64,000 bases of DNA from an uncultured Pseudobdellovibrionaceae bacterium (GCA_964616705.1 CAZTRP010000014.1:8770-72769); one strand, 5' to 3'; positions 47,353-57,850 are shown, counted from the stretch's first letter. Notes: generated from the letters alone by a model not told the origin. Made by a program: numbers and translations.

Positions 47353-49193
47353 GCTAGTAGCCAGTTGGCCAGCGAATACAAGGCCCATACCTGGCTCCAA
47401 ATGACTCCATTTTTTCGTTTTGAATAGTCGGAATATACTTTTTCAGCCACCTGTAAATCAATTCCGAGTTGGTACCAAACTCCACCGTAGTCTGAGCTAA
47501 ACGTCGCTCGAACTTGGTTTTGCAGAGCGCCATCAATAAGTTCATTCCAGTGAAAGCTGAAACCCGATTTTTTCCGTTCGATGGATTCTTTAGGCAAATC
47601 CTTCCCTATCGTCTGAAGGATTAAGGGTTTGTTTCTTGTCCCCGCTACCTTTGAGCGGCCACTAATGGATGCGACCAGCTCCACTAAACGGTGATCCAAG
47701 AACGGCCCGCGGATTTCTAAAGAGTTCGCCATTCCCATACTGTCAGTGTCGCGCAAGAGAACATTCTTTAGATAAATTTCTATGTCCATCGCGCTTAGCG
47801 CATTTATGGGGTCACGAACATTTTCAATCCACGGAACAAGTTCTCTTACCCATTTGCTTAGTGGGGTGGTGTCTTGGCCGGCAATGAGTTTTGATCTTGA
47901 AGAATCTAGAAACAGGGCTCGAGAAATTCCGTAATAGTCCCAAATTTCTTTAGAGCTGGAATAGAACGCCGCGAGCTTCTCAGATGGACGCCCAGAAAAC
48001 CTTCCCCATGGGAGTTTTGGGACGCGTCGTAGCCACGCAAAATGTTTTGCTCTGTGAAAGTGTCCATAGCCACAAAACAATTCATCCGCACCGACTCCAC
48101 TTAGCGCAACTTTAAAACCAGTGCGATGGGCTGCTTCGGAAATAGCAAACGTATTAATTCCGTCCATGGAAGGCTGGTCCATTTTATGAATTGCACGCTC
48201 TGCCAGCGTCGCGAAAATGGAACCGGGAAGTGGCACCTCGGTATGGCGGGTTTTAAGCCAAGCCGCAACTCTTCTTGCCTCTCGACGGTCTGCCGACTCC
48301 CCCTCTTCCGAGAACGCACTTAGAGTAAATAGTTCTGAAGAGGTGCCTCGTGTCGCTGCGGCTGCGATACTGCCCGAGTCGATGCCACCCGAAAGAAACA
48401 GCGCCAGAGGGACATCAGATACTAGACGACATGTGACAGCATCGCTTAAGAGCCCTGCGACAAAATCTAAATCAATTGAGTCGTTGACGCTAAGATACCC
48501 AAATGGGTTCTGCCAGAATCGGCGCGACACGATTTTAAAATCTTGCGAAGACACTTTGAGTAAGCTGCCGGCTTCGACTACATGGCCTCCCTCGTATACA
48601 GTGTGAGGCTCCGCGACGCTTCCAAATGCGAGATACGAATCTATAGCTTTGGCAGAAATTTTGGTTCCAAGAAAACCAGCTTTAGCGAGAGCGGATACTT
48701 CCGAGGCAAATGCAAAACCGTCTTTGTTGTGACAATAGTACAGCGGTTTGATCCCGAGCCGATCTCGGCAAAGGGTAAGGGTTCGCTCCGACTGATCCCA
48801 GATAGCAAATGCAAACTCGCCTTGGAGCAGCTCGGGCGTTTTATCGCCCCATAGGACCCATGCTTTTAGAAGTACTTCGGTGTCGCCCGTTGAGTGAAAT
48901 GGGCCGGCACCTGACGCTTCGAGTCGATTGCGTAGTTCGGTGTGATTGTAAATTTCTCCGTTGTAGATGAGCGTGAATCTCCCCGAGGAGTCCGTCATTG
49001 GTTGCTTTGCGTTCGGGCTGAGATCGCGGATGGCAAGGCGTCTGTGGCCAAAAGCTACATGAGTGCTGCCTTCATCGTACGAAGCGTAGAAGGCGGTGCC
49101 GGAATCTGGGCCGCGGTGCACCATGCAGTCCCGCAACGCTACGAGTCGGTTTTTTTCTTCGCGGTGAGAGAGAACCCCAGCAATGGCACACAT
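47304..49193 (-). CDS. asnB: Asparagine synthase (glutamine-hydrolysing) family amidotransferase (WbpS/AsnB-like).
   Basis: The N-terminal 'MCAIAGV' is a Ntn glutaminase Cys2. 'SGGIDSGSIAA' is the PP-loop. The protein is 629 aa. Confidence 0.9.
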   Translation of the reverse strand: MCAIAGVLSHREEKNRLVALRDCMVHRGPDSGTAFYASYDEGSTHVAFGHRRLAIRDLSPNAKQPMTDSSGRFTLIYNGEIYNHTELRNRLEASGAGPFHSTGDTEVLLKAWVLWGDKTPELLQGEFAFAIWDQSERTLTLCRDRLGIKPLYYCHNKDGFAFASEVSALAKAGFLGTKISAKAIDSYLAFGSVAEPHTVYEGGHVVEAGSLLKVSSQDFKIVSRRFWQNPFGYLSVNDSIDLDFVAGLLSDAVTCRLVSDVPLALFLSGGIDSGSIAAAATRGTSSELFTLSAFSEEGESADRREARRVAAWLKTRHTEVPLPGSIFATLAERAIHKMDQPSMDGINTFAISEAAHRTGFKVALSGVGADELFCGYGHFHRAKHFAWLRRVPKLPWGRFSGRPSEKLAAFYSSSKEIWDYYGISRALFLDSSRSKLIAGQDTTPLSKWVRELVPWIENVRDPINALSAMDIEIYLKNVLLRDTDSMGMANSLEIRGPFLDHRLVELVASISGRSKVAGTRNKPLILQTIGKDLPKESIERKKSGFSFHWNELIDGALQNQVRATFSSDYGGVWYQLGIDLQVAEKVYSDYSKRKNGVIWSQVWALYSLANWLLAHRSTASETKPIKSAV

Positions 49194-49208
49194 TTGTCTA
49201 CTATAGGT

Positions 49209-50705
49209 TCAAATAGAGGTTTGTTCCAGATGCCTTGGAGAACTACTTTTTGATACCCAGCAGAAGGCGTGGCTTAGCATCCAACAGAATGGCAAAACTC
49301 GGGTTACGTGAAAAAGAAGCCAAGCCGGGCCTACTTCCGCAATTGGACCTTGGATAAGGACCAACAGCCAGATACTCCAAATGTTGTTCGGTAGCGGAGA
49401 AAGCACTAGAGCGTTTGCGAAAAGGAATAAAGCAAAAAGAAATCCAGAAAGCATTACCAAGCCAAGCCACTCACCGTAGACATACGCCTCACCAAACATA
49501 GTGAACGAAACGGCAGTGTTTTCATCTTCGTCCGAAGTGACATCCGCCCAATGAGCCAGGAAAATTCCCTTCTTAAACGGGGTGTCTCCAGTTACGGAGG
49601 TGGGAAGAATATCCAGCGTTGAAAAGAAAAAGCGCATTCCCAGAGTCCCTGCTAGTGCAGATTTCGAAATTAGAATATCCGCTGCTTTAATCAGGGAGAA
49701 GCGCTCAAGCAGCATGCTTCGGGCGTTTTCATAGTAGCCGCCGGTTTCCGTTAAGAAGTTGATCTCATCTTCCTTACGCTGCTCGTAGACAGAAGACAAA
49801 GATTCGGAGCTACTAAGAAGTTCGGAAACCATCTTAGTAACAATCTCGACCTTCTTTGGAAGAGTTTCCGTAAATACGAGATCTCTCGCTAGGAAGGTGA
49901 TGGGAACAATTACAGTGGTAAGAAAGAACGCGGCTCCCGCCCCTACTATGATCGCTATCATCTTTGGACGGTAGCCAAAGTAATAAGCGGCTAGGACCAA
50001 GCAGAGTAATGCTTCAAAGCTCAGGCTCTTGCTTGTAGTGACCACACCCAAAACAACTTGGACCAGGACAGTAAAAAGGACCAAGAAGTCTGTGCAATGT
50101 TTCCTGCTAGTCTCCATCACTCTTGCGCCAACCGCTGAAACTGTCGACAGAGGAAGTGCAAACTTAAGGTAGCTGGCCATGCCTGCGCCCATGGGGCCAA
50201 GGGATTCGACTGAAAGCCCAAAGTAGACGAGTGAGCCAAAGAAACCAACAACGAGACTCGTGATAGATATTCTTCGAAGCCTCACCGGGTCGACGATGGA
50301 AAGGAAATGCGTTTGTTTTGGGGTGCGAATCGATCCTAGATGGAAAGAGACACAAGCGACAGTGAACATTCCCACCGTCATAACTCCCATCGTAAGAATA
50401 GGGGTGGTGAGATTCGAGTGAGCGGGTTCCAATAGACCAAGTTTTGCGACTTGGGAGATGAGGACGGTCTTAAGCGCAAGCGCTGCCAGAGCCAGTCCGT
50501 TCACTGTTCTTGCTCCACCCAGCGAGTTAAACGCTATGACAAAGAACTGGGTGTAAGAGAAGAAAAGCAGGGCAAAAATGGGGTCGGTGTTTGTGAGAAG
50601 CTGACCAATCCCGATAGCTAGGGAAAATGCAAATGAAACCCGCATGGGAATGGCCCCGGCTGAGAGGCGCTCTGCGATACTGATTTTTTCTGCCGCCGTA
50701 GCCAT
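49209..50705 (-). CDS. Polytopic membrane protein. It may be a Wzy-type oligosaccharide repeat-unit polymerase or ligase.
   Basis: It has about 12 TM helices with a large loop, and it sits inside a polysaccharide locus. I identify no definitive motif. Confidence 0.4.
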   Translation of the reverse strand: MATAAEKISIAERLSAGAIPMRVSFAFSLAIGIGQLLTNTDPIFALLFFSYTQFFVIAFNSLGGARTVNGLALAALALKTVLISQVAKLGLLEPAHSNLTTPILTMGVMTVGMFTVACVSFHLGSIRTPKQTHFLSIVDPVRLRRISITSLVVGFFGSLVYFGLSVESLGPMGAGMASYLKFALPLSTVSAVGARVMETSRKHCTDFLVLFTVLVQVVLGVVTTSKSLSFEALLCLVLAAYYFGYRPKMIAIIVGAGAAFFLTTVIVPITFLARDLVFTETLPKKVEIVTKMVSELLSSSESLSSVYEQRKEDEINFLTETGGYYENARSMLLERFSLIKAADILISKSALAGTLGMRFFFSTLDILPTSVTGDTPFKKGIFLAHWADVTSDEDENTAVSFTMFGEAYVYGEWLGLVMLSGFLFALFLFANALVLSPLPNNIWSIWLLVLIQGPIAEVGPAWLLFHVTRVLPFCWMLSHAFCWVSKSSSPRHLEQTSI

Positions 50706-50710
50706 TTGTT

Positions 50711-51247
50711 TTACTTAAGGGCCTTAAACACGAGTGTTGCTGAAACCGCGATGGAGAAAAGTGTGGTCACTACAGAAAGCACGGCCAGAGTATCCGGAGC
50801 GATAAAGGGATCTTTCGCGTAAACCAGAACCATGTCACCGGCCAACAGTGTAGGGGGATACACCCCGGGTGTTCCCGCATATTCTTTCAGGTTGCACTGT
50901 ATGACTTCTTCAGAGGCCTTTGAACGACGTTTTATTGAAGCATGAGAAAGATCCGCATCGGGCCGAGTGCCTCCAGCTAGGGAAATTAGGTGCACAACGT
51001 CAGTGCTTCTTGGAACGTGATAGACTCCAGGTCGATTCACCGCGCCAAGCAAATGAACAGTGATGAGCACTTCCCCTGGCACCTGCTCAGAAAAGTACTC
51101 TTCGGCGCGATTGTGGATACGGTCGTTTTCGGTGGGATCGACACCTCTTGGCAAGTCGGCGAATGCTTCGTTGCATGGCATAGAGACCGCTGCCAACAGG
51201 CAGACTAAGCGGGCAAGAAGAGAGATTGTGCTTTGCCGACAGTGCAT
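50711..51247 (-). CDS. Polysaccharide export protein (Wza/GumB-like, short form).
   Basis: It has a signal peptide, Poly_export-like 'PGEVLITVHLLGAVNRPGVY' and 'LAGG', an SLBB-like segment and a C-terminal hydrophobic helix. Confidence 0.65.
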   Translation of the reverse strand: MHCRQSTISLLARLVCLLAAVSMPCNEAFADLPRGVDPTENDRIHNRAEEYFSEQVPGEVLITVHLLGAVNRPGVYHVPRSTDVVHLISLAGGTRPDADLSHASIKRRSKASEEVIQCNLKEYAGTPGVYPPTLLAGDMVLVYAKDPFIAPDTLAVLSVVTTLFSIAVSATLVFKALK

Positions 51248-51327
51248 AGGATTCCTCCCTGTCCTGATCGGTAAAAAAGGGTCTTAGCTTAAAAGAAATT
51301 GCATAGATCCCAAAACTTACTGCGCCG

Positions 51328-52197
51328 TTACAGATCTTTGCCAGCCTGAATATTTTCAATTTCCAGGCTGATTAGAGTGTGAAGCCACAAACCCTGTAGG
51401 AAGTGGTAGCTAAATGCCTGGCGTCCGTCTAGAAATCCGCCGAGTAGAAAATAGCGGTACCCAAAAAAGAGCCAAGGCCGCACGAGCGGTGGAAGATTTT
51501 TCCAAATATAGTATTGAATCCAACGTTTTGGCCGAGCATTCGCTCCCCAAAGTCGAGGCTTCTCGGACGGTGTCTTTAATGCCTCCTCTGCTTCAAGGCG
51601 CGCATATTTCAAGTGTTTTTCATGCCAACGCTGAATTCCGTTGTGGTTCTCATTGTAGAAATCGTAGCGGAGCCGTTTTGTCGGTCCATTTACCAATAGG
51701 TGTTCATTTACGCTTCGTTCCTCGACTCGTATTTCCTTGGTTCGTGCAAGGCGCAGAAACCAAACGGCGTAGTAGCCTCTTCGAATCCATCGACCTCGCC
51801 ACAACAGTCTGCAGCGCATATAGAAACCATTTTCAACTGGGTCAGTAGCAAGCAAGCTTGAGATCTCTGCCTTTAGTTCTGGCATCAGCCATTCGTCGGC
51901 ATCGAGGAAAAACAGCCAAGGCGTTTGGATGTCGCAAGCTTGCAGTGCGTGCTTTCGCTGAGCGGCGTAATTGTCGAATTTCCTTTGAAACACCCTGGCA
52001 CCGGCTTTTTGGGCTAGTTGGACCGTACCATCGGTGCTGAAGGAGTCTAAAACCACAATCTCCTTAGCCCATCCTGCTACGCTTGCGATGGCTTGGGGTA
52101 AGTTTTTTTCTTCATTGTAGGTCAGGATGACGACCGTCAAGTCCATCGGGCTGCTCATTTCGGGGGGTTTATTCAATTTTACAGCGTATTTCCCCAC
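51328..52197 (-). CDS. Glycosyltransferase family 2.
   Basis: 'LTVVILTYNEEKNL', 'LDSFSTDGT' and 'DADE' form GT-A motifs. Confidence 0.8.
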   Translation of the reverse strand: MGKYAVKLNKPPEMSSPMDLTVVILTYNEEKNLPQAIASVAGWAKEIVVLDSFSTDGTVQLAQKAGARVFQRKFDNYAAQRKHALQACDIQTPWLFFLDADEWLMPELKAEISSLLATDPVENGFYMRCRLLWRGRWIRRGYYAVWFLRLARTKEIRVEERSVNEHLLVNGPTKRLRYDFYNENHNGIQRWHEKHLKYARLEAEEALKTPSEKPRLWGANARPKRWIQYYIWKNLPPLVRPWLFFGYRYFLLGGFLDGRQAFSYHFLQGLWLHTLISLEIENIQAGKDL

Positions 52198-52261
52198 GCC
52201 ACAATGCCGCTAGGATCCAAGCTCAAGTTTTTCCAGGAAAATTACGAAAACAATACGACAT

Positions 52262-54463
52262 ATGCCATTTTCCAGCTACATAGGCCTCATCTGGCGCAGA
52301 AGGAAATTGCTTGGAGTCTGCGCGTTAGCTGCAGCAACTCTGGCGGTCATCGATTGGCAGTGGAATCGAATTTATGAAGCAAAGTCGGTTTTGTTAATTC
52401 AAAAGTCCGACAACGCATTCTCCGGTATTGGACAAAACGCAGCGGGTAAGACGGCGGCAATGATGGCTGCCAGAGAACAATTTGATAGGTACCTGCGCTT
52501 TCTTAAGAGTCGGCCATTTCTACTCATGGTGGCAGAGCGTGTCTTGAAACACCCTGAGTCCGCACGATACCTAAAAAAATTACAACCGAACGAGTTGCGT
52601 ACCTCGTCTCGTTCAAATGAAGAAAATACTCCGGCGGATGTTCGCAACGATGAGAGCCTGAGTCGACTCGGACGCGCAATCGCGTCGCGCCTTTCTTTCT
52701 CAAGTGGACAGGTGGGTACTCTTGAGATTGCGGTCAGGATGGGTGACGCTAAGTCGGCGATCGATCTTGCAAGTTTGGTTTTACAGGCCGCTATAGATTT
52801 TCTTAACGATGCGGAGCTCAAGGAGTTGATGGACTCCAAAAGGTATCTGACACTGAAGCGGGCCGAAACCGAGGCTTTGCTTGGTGAGATCGATAAATCC
52901 TACTTGGAACTAAATCGTCATTCTGATTTGCCTGTGGGTTACAAAGGGGTAACAAGTGGCGGTGGACTCGAGGAATTTCAACAGGCCAAAGTCCGGCTCT
53001 CAGAAAATCAGAAGGTAATCGAGCGACTCAATTCTCAATTAGCAGATTTGGCCCAGAAAGGAGCCAGCAAGCAAGCTACCGACAGGGCCGCGCTGGCTTC
53101 TGCTAGAAAAGAACTCGACACGCTTTCTACTAAGAAGGCTACTTTGCTCGCCGAGGGGTTTGCAGCGAACTCCCATCAAATGAGAATGATTGAAGCGCAA
53201 ATCGCTTCAGCGCGGGAGCGCCTCAAACAGGCCGAGACGCAGTTGCGATCGGCCGGGGAAGAAAAGGGGGAGCCCACCTGGAACTGGGAGGGACTTTCTC
53301 GAAGAATGAAGCAACTACGACAGGAAAATCTTTATCTTGAAGCAAGAATACAAACGCTGAATAAGATTTTAAAGCCCGACTCTATGACGGAATCGCCGGC
53401 CGCCCGTAGCAGAAAGATCGAGTACCTGCAGAAGCGAGCGGACTTGCAATACCTATTTTACTCAGAGCTAACCAAGCGGCTTTTTGACATCGACATACGA
53501 CGAATCGCGGTAGAGCACCAACTTGTCGTACTGGAACCACCATCCCGAGCTACCCTTCGGCGTTATCCTAGCTTGCCCCGAACTATGGCGATGGCTATCT
53601 TCTTTGCCCTCGTAGGCGGTATTGCGCTCGCTTTCCAAATCGAGCAGTCGAATCCACTTCTTTTGGACGACACAGATGTTGAAGCTCTGTCGGTAAAGGT
53701 GGTTGGTTACGTGCCCGATCTCGCTTCTTCATGGGGAGATCGAAGGCGGACGAAATCGAGTGCGCCTATGATTCCGGCGCGCATGCAGCCGCCGGATTCG
53801 CGAGAAGCGCTTATCTTCAAACATCTTAGAACTAAGTTCATACAGCTTATTGATCGCAGCGAGCGTAAGGTGAAATTAGTTACCATCACGAGTGCGGGGC
53901 CAGGAGATGGCAAGAGCTTTGTGACACTGAACACTGCACTTGCCCTAACAAAACTAGGAAAGCGCGTTTTACTCATTGACGCTGACTTACGCGCGCGCCG
54001 TTTGACGGCGAATTTGGCGCCACTAGCCGAAGAGGGACTAGCGACGCAGTTTGGTCCAAACGAACAATTGGCCCAGGCAGTTATTTCAAACTGCTATGAG
54101 AAGGTGGACTTTATTGGTGCTGGGGCATTACCGGACGATCCGTCGGAGTTCTTTACGAACCCAAGCTTCGCCATCGTTCTAAAGAGCATTGCTGAGAAAT
54201 ATGATTTCGTGTTCATTGATACGCCGCCAGCCATTGAATACCCAGATGCTGCAACGGTCAGCGCTACCACAGATGCGACGATTGTGGTCGGTTGTAGTGG
54301 ACGTACGCGGCTTAAACATTTTGCGGCTATGGTTGAACAGCTCAGTGGTTCGGCTCCCCTTCTATGGGCCGTACTAAATAAGGCGCGTGGGCCTTATACG
54401 AAGATGGCGCCCTTCGGATCATTTTCCAATTCAGGCAACGGGCGTTCGTCAAAGGCCGCTTAA
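52262..54463 (+). CDS. Polysaccharide co-polymerase / Wzc-like protein with a C-terminal P-loop ATPase (BY-kinase-like) domain.
   Basis: It has an N-terminal TM plus a Wzz-like periplasmic coiled-coil region, a second TM, then Walker A 'SAGPGDGKSF', 'LLIDADLR' and 'VFIDTPP'. The C-terminal tail has one Tyr rather than a Tyr cluster. Confidence 0.8.
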   Translation: MPFSSYIGLIWRRRKLLGVCALAAATLAVIDWQWNRIYEAKSVLLIQKSDNAFSGIGQNAAGKTAAMMAAREQFDRYLRFLKSRPFLLMVAERVLKHPESARYLKKLQPNELRTSSRSNEENTPADVRNDESLSRLGRAIASRLSFSSGQVGTLEIAVRMGDAKSAIDLASLVLQAAIDFLNDAELKELMDSKRYLTLKRAETEALLGEIDKSYLELNRHSDLPVGYKGVTSGGGLEEFQQAKVRLSENQKVIERLNSQLADLAQKGASKQATDRAALASARKELDTLSTKKATLLAEGFAANSHQMRMIEAQIASARERLKQAETQLRSAGEEKGEPTWNWEGLSRRMKQLRQENLYLEARIQTLNKILKPDSMTESPAARSRKIEYLQKRADLQYLFYSELTKRLFDIDIRRIAVEHQLVVLEPPSRATLRRYPSLPRTMAMAIFFALVGGIALAFQIEQSNPLLLDDTDVEALSVKVVGYVPDLASSWGDRRRTKSSAPMIPARMQPPDSREALIFKHLRTKFIQLIDRSERKVKLVTITSAGPGDGKSFVTLNTALALTKLGKRVLLIDADLRARRLTANLAPLAEEGLATQFGPNEQLAQAVISNCYEKVDFIGAGALPDDPSEFFTNPSFAIVLKSIAEKYDFVFIDTPPAIEYPDAATVSATTDATIVVGCSGRTRLKHFAAMVEQLSGSAPLLWAVLNKARGPYTKMAPFGSFSNSGNGRSSKAA

Positions 54464-54469
54464 CACCAA

Positions 54470-55843
54470 GTGGGATGGCAAATGGGAAAGACCAAAAATA
54501 GTTTAGCCAAAGTGCCTTCAATTTCCTGGGAAGCGGAATTGACAGATAAATTTAAGCGTCACGATGCTACGGTCGCCGTGCTTGGCTTGGGATACGTGGG
54601 GCTGCCGGTATTAAAGGAATTCAGCTTGGGCGGTTTCTCCGCGCAGGGCTACGATATTGATGAAGCCAAGATCGATAGTCTGCGTAAGGGGAAAACCTAC
54701 CTCAACACTGTGGACGAAACGTGGATCTCCGAAGGCCTGAAGGAAAAGACACTAAGAGTGAGTGCGGATTTTTCCCGGCTTATGGAAGCCGATGCCATTA
54801 TCGCTTGTGTACCGACGCCCCTTGATTCGCACCGCCAGCCTGACCTTAGCTTTGTTGAGAAGACAGCCCAATCTATCGCAAAGACCTTGCGGCCCGGGCA
54901 ACTGATCATTTTCGAGAGCACCAGTTATCCAGGAACCACCAGGGAAATTGTTCTACCCATACTAGAGAAAACCGGGTTGAAGTTGGGTTCCGATTTTTTC
55001 TTGGCCTATTCTTCGGAACGTCAGGAGCCAGGGCGTACCGAACCGAGTTTTAAGCAAATTCCGAAAGTTGTTGGCGGAGTTGACCCTGTTGGGGGGAGCC
55101 TCGCTTGTGCGCTTTATGCTGAAATCGTCGATAGCGTCGTGGCTGTCAGGTCAGCCGAAATAGCGGAAGCTGGCAAGATTCTGGAAAACATTTACCGTTG
55201 CGTGAATATCGCGCTTGTAAATGAGCTCAAAATTGTTTTCGACAAAATGGGGATCGATATTTGGGAGGTAATCGCTGCCGCCGCAACAAAGCCTTTCGGT
55301 TTTCAACCATTCTATCCAGGCCCGGGAATGGGAGGGCATTGCATTCCTATAGATCCGTTCTATCTCACTTGGAAGGCCGCACAGTTTGAAGTCCCAGCAC
55401 GTTTTATCGAGCTCGCCGGCGAGATCAATTGGCGCATGCCAGACTACGTTTTGGAAAAGGTCACTGAAGGGCTGAACCGAAGTGCGAAAGCGATTGCGAA
55501 GAGTAGAATCTTGGTACTTGGAGTAGCGTATAAGAAAAACGTCGACGACGTTCGCGAAAGTCCTGCGCTTCACATTGTTGAGAGTCTTTTAAAAAAGGGC
55601 GCGGATGTTCAGTACCATGACCCCCATGTTGCCCAGATTCCAAAACAGCGCGTCAGACATTTAAATTTGAGCAGTCAGGAACTCACCGCTGAGCGATTGC
55701 GGGAGGCTGATGCAGTGCTCATTATTGCGGATCACGACGCCATTGATTGGCAGTTTGTTGCAATACACGCTCGCCTTATTGTGGACACGCGCAATGCGAT
55801 GTCCAAAGTTCGCATCGATCCCGCAAAGCTCATCAAAGCATAG
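54470..55843 (+). CDS. Nucleotide-sugar dehydrogenase of the UDP-N-acetyl-hexosamine 6-dehydrogenase family (WbpA/WecC/TviB-like).
   Basis: It has the 'VAVLGLGYVGLP' Rossmann fold and a catalytic Cys in 'GPGMGGHCIPIDP'. Length is about 440 aa. Confidence 0.85.
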   Translation: MGWQMGKTKNSLAKVPSISWEAELTDKFKRHDATVAVLGLGYVGLPVLKEFSLGGFSAQGYDIDEAKIDSLRKGKTYLNTVDETWISEGLKEKTLRVSADFSRLMEADAIIACVPTPLDSHRQPDLSFVEKTAQSIAKTLRPGQLIIFESTSYPGTTREIVLPILEKTGLKLGSDFFLAYSSERQEPGRTEPSFKQIPKVVGGVDPVGGSLACALYAEIVDSVVAVRSAEIAEAGKILENIYRCVNIALVNELKIVFDKMGIDIWEVIAAAATKPFGFQPFYPGPGMGGHCIPIDPFYLTWKAAQFEVPARFIELAGEINWRMPDYVLEKVTEGLNRSAKAIAKSRILVLGVAYKKNVDDVRESPALHIVESLLKKGADVQYHDPHVAQIPKQRVRHLNLSSQELTAERLREADAVLIIADHDAIDWQFVAIHARLIVDTRNAMSKVRIDPAKLIKA

Positions 55844-55914
55844 TTAACGCAGCGCACAATCATAACCCCTTATTCTTTCTAGCTTTTTTGCCGATACGGA
55901 ATTTGGGAGTCCAC

Positions 55915-57846
55915 GTGCGCAAAGCGAAACCATTTTTGTCGGTTAAGTACCAAGTGCTAATCGCCTTGGCTGCTTGCTTAGTGGTTTCGTTCGTTACTTT
56001 CTATTTAAGTGCACGTCGAGTTATCGTTGCCGATAAGAAGCTGCTAATCCGAGACCTTAACCTCGCATTGATGGATGGCACTTACGGGGCAGTGACTAAG
56101 GCCATTGTTCAAAGGGCCACGGAACTGGTCCAAGTGGTCGCCTCGGAGCAAATCGCCGCCGAACCTAAAGAAGAAAAGGTCCAAGAGTTTTTCAAGGCTT
56201 TTCGCCCGCCGGTCGCCGGCGAGATTTTTCGCGCATCCTTCTACAAGAAAGAAGGCGCCGGAGAATACTTGCCATTTTCCCAGTACATCAATTTTGAGTT
56301 GGTTAAGTCGCGTGGTTATGGAGGAAGTTTCTTCTCTGAGCTCGATGCTGCGAATGGCATCGATGCGAAGGCGAAAGTGGGTGAAAGGGAAGGTATTCAG
56401 CTGAGTAACTATTCGGGAAAAGTTCAGGGCACAAAAGGCCAAGAAGACTTTTTCGGCCTCAGTCTCTTTATTCCAGCCAGAGCTCAAGGAACAGAAGATA
56501 CGGCTTGGCTAGCGCGAATCGACTTGGACCAACAGTTTCTCATTCAAACTCTGCAGAGCTCCGATCTTTCAGAGATATTCTTGGTGGATCAACGCGGAAA
56601 GATAATTTGTCATAGCGAACCCTCGAAGCTCCTAGTGCCTGGAGTCTTTCAGCATCCACTTATTCCTAAGCTTCGGGAAGTAACGCGCCAGAGTGAAAGT
56701 ACTGAGGTGAACATTGACGGTACCCCGTACTTCGCCAGTATTCGAGATGCTGGCTTCCCGGGTTTGTTTTTAGTGTCGCAGATCCCTGCCTCTGAGCTCT
56801 ATCATTCGTTGAGAAAGCTACTTCGATCTACCCTGGTGTCAGCTACGTTCATTTTGTATCTGGCATTTATTGCGAGCTTGGTTTTTGCAAACCGATTTAC
56901 TGCGGGCATGAAACGCTTGGCCTTTGCAGCTCGCGAAATTGGACGTGGAAATTTCAAGGCAGGCCTCGTGGGCAGTGAGGGCGGTAAAATTTCTGATGAA
57001 GTGTCGGTACTTTCGAGTGGATTCGATGCAATGGCTGAAGAGATCCAACAGCTTCTTGTGGAAACAGCAGAAAAAAGCCGCATGGAGAATGAGTTGGTGA
57101 CCGTAAGTCTGCTTCAGTCCACCGTTCTCATTGCGCCTGAAGTGCAGTCTCAAGAATTGGAAGTGTCCAATTGCTATATTCCGGCAACCGAATGCAGCGG
57201 CGATTTTATTGATGCTTTCGTCGTCGGCAGAAAAATCTATTTTGCGGTGGCTGATGCCACTGGCCACGGCGCTTCTGCCGCATTGGTCACAGGGGTAGCC
57301 AAGAGTTGCCTTCTAACTTTACGACTTATGAATGCGGGGGCAGCGCCTTCTCCTGATCAGGTATTGAGTTCTTTGAATCGGGTTTTGTTTGAAGCTTGTA
57401 AGGGAAAGCTTCTCATGACTATGTGTATGATTCAGCTGGATGTCGATACTGGCGAAATTTTACTCTCAAATGCAGGCCATGAATCCCCTCTGTGTATCCG
57501 CAAAGAGGTAGTAGAGAGCGGAAAAGGAAAAGCGGAAGAGTTTTTTGCTCGGGGCGAGCGTTTAGGTTTTGCGGCCGAGAGTGTGTATTCTTGTGAGCGG
57601 TACTCGATTTCAGCAGGGGATTGCCTGCTCTTGTACACGGATGGCATCACTGAGGCTAAAGACGGCAAGGGCGCAGAGTGGGGCGAGCGACAGGTAAAGA
57701 AATCTCTCAAAAAAGCCCTGAGTAGTTCGGCTTCACTTTCTACAGCCAAAGAAGAACTGTTAAAAGATCTTCGTTCCTTCACCTCGGATGAGCCACTTCA
57801 CGACGATGTGACCTTCTCCCTGCTTCGACTCCGCAAAGCTGCCTAG
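55915..57846 (+). CDS. Membrane sensor with HAMP domain and a C-terminal PP2C-type (SpoIIE/RsbU-like) Ser/Thr phosphatase domain.
   Basis: It has two TM helices flanking a periplasmic domain, and a HAMP region ('...MKRLAFAAREIGRGNF...'). The PP2C region contains 'SGDFIDAF', 'FAVADATGHG' and 'LLLYTDGITE'. The start is a GTG with a GGGAG RBS. The ORF track's 55747 extension overlaps the upstream gene. Confidence 0.8.
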   Translation: MRKAKPFLSVKYQVLIALAACLVVSFVTFYLSARRVIVADKKLLIRDLNLALMDGTYGAVTKAIVQRATELVQVVASEQIAAEPKEEKVQEFFKAFRPPVAGEIFRASFYKKEGAGEYLPFSQYINFELVKSRGYGGSFFSELDAANGIDAKAKVGEREGIQLSNYSGKVQGTKGQEDFFGLSLFIPARAQGTEDTAWLARIDLDQQFLIQTLQSSDLSEIFLVDQRGKIICHSEPSKLLVPGVFQHPLIPKLREVTRQSESTEVNIDGTPYFASIRDAGFPGLFLVSQIPASELYHSLRKLLRSTLVSATFILYLAFIASLVFANRFTAGMKRLAFAAREIGRGNFKAGLVGSEGGKISDEVSVLSSGFDAMAEEIQQLLVETAEKSRMENELVTVSLLQSTVLIAPEVQSQELEVSNCYIPATECSGDFIDAFVVGRKIYFAVADATGHGASAALVTGVAKSCLLTLRLMNAGAAPSPDQVLSSLNRVLFEACKGKLLMTMCMIQLDVDTGEILLSNAGHESPLCIRKEVVESGKGKAEEFFARGERLGFAAESVYSCERYSISAGDCLLLYTDGITEAKDGKGAEWGERQVKKSLKKALSSSASLSTAKEELLKDLRSFTSDEPLHDDVTFSLLRLRKAA

Positions 57847-57850
57847 ACAT

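Noticed and set aside
55747-55914. N-terminal 56 codons of the long ORF-track version of the HAMP-PP2C gene.
   Set aside because: This extension overlaps the 3' end of the dehydrogenase gene in another frame. A GTG at 55915 with a GGGAG RBS and a normal signal-anchor start is more plausible.
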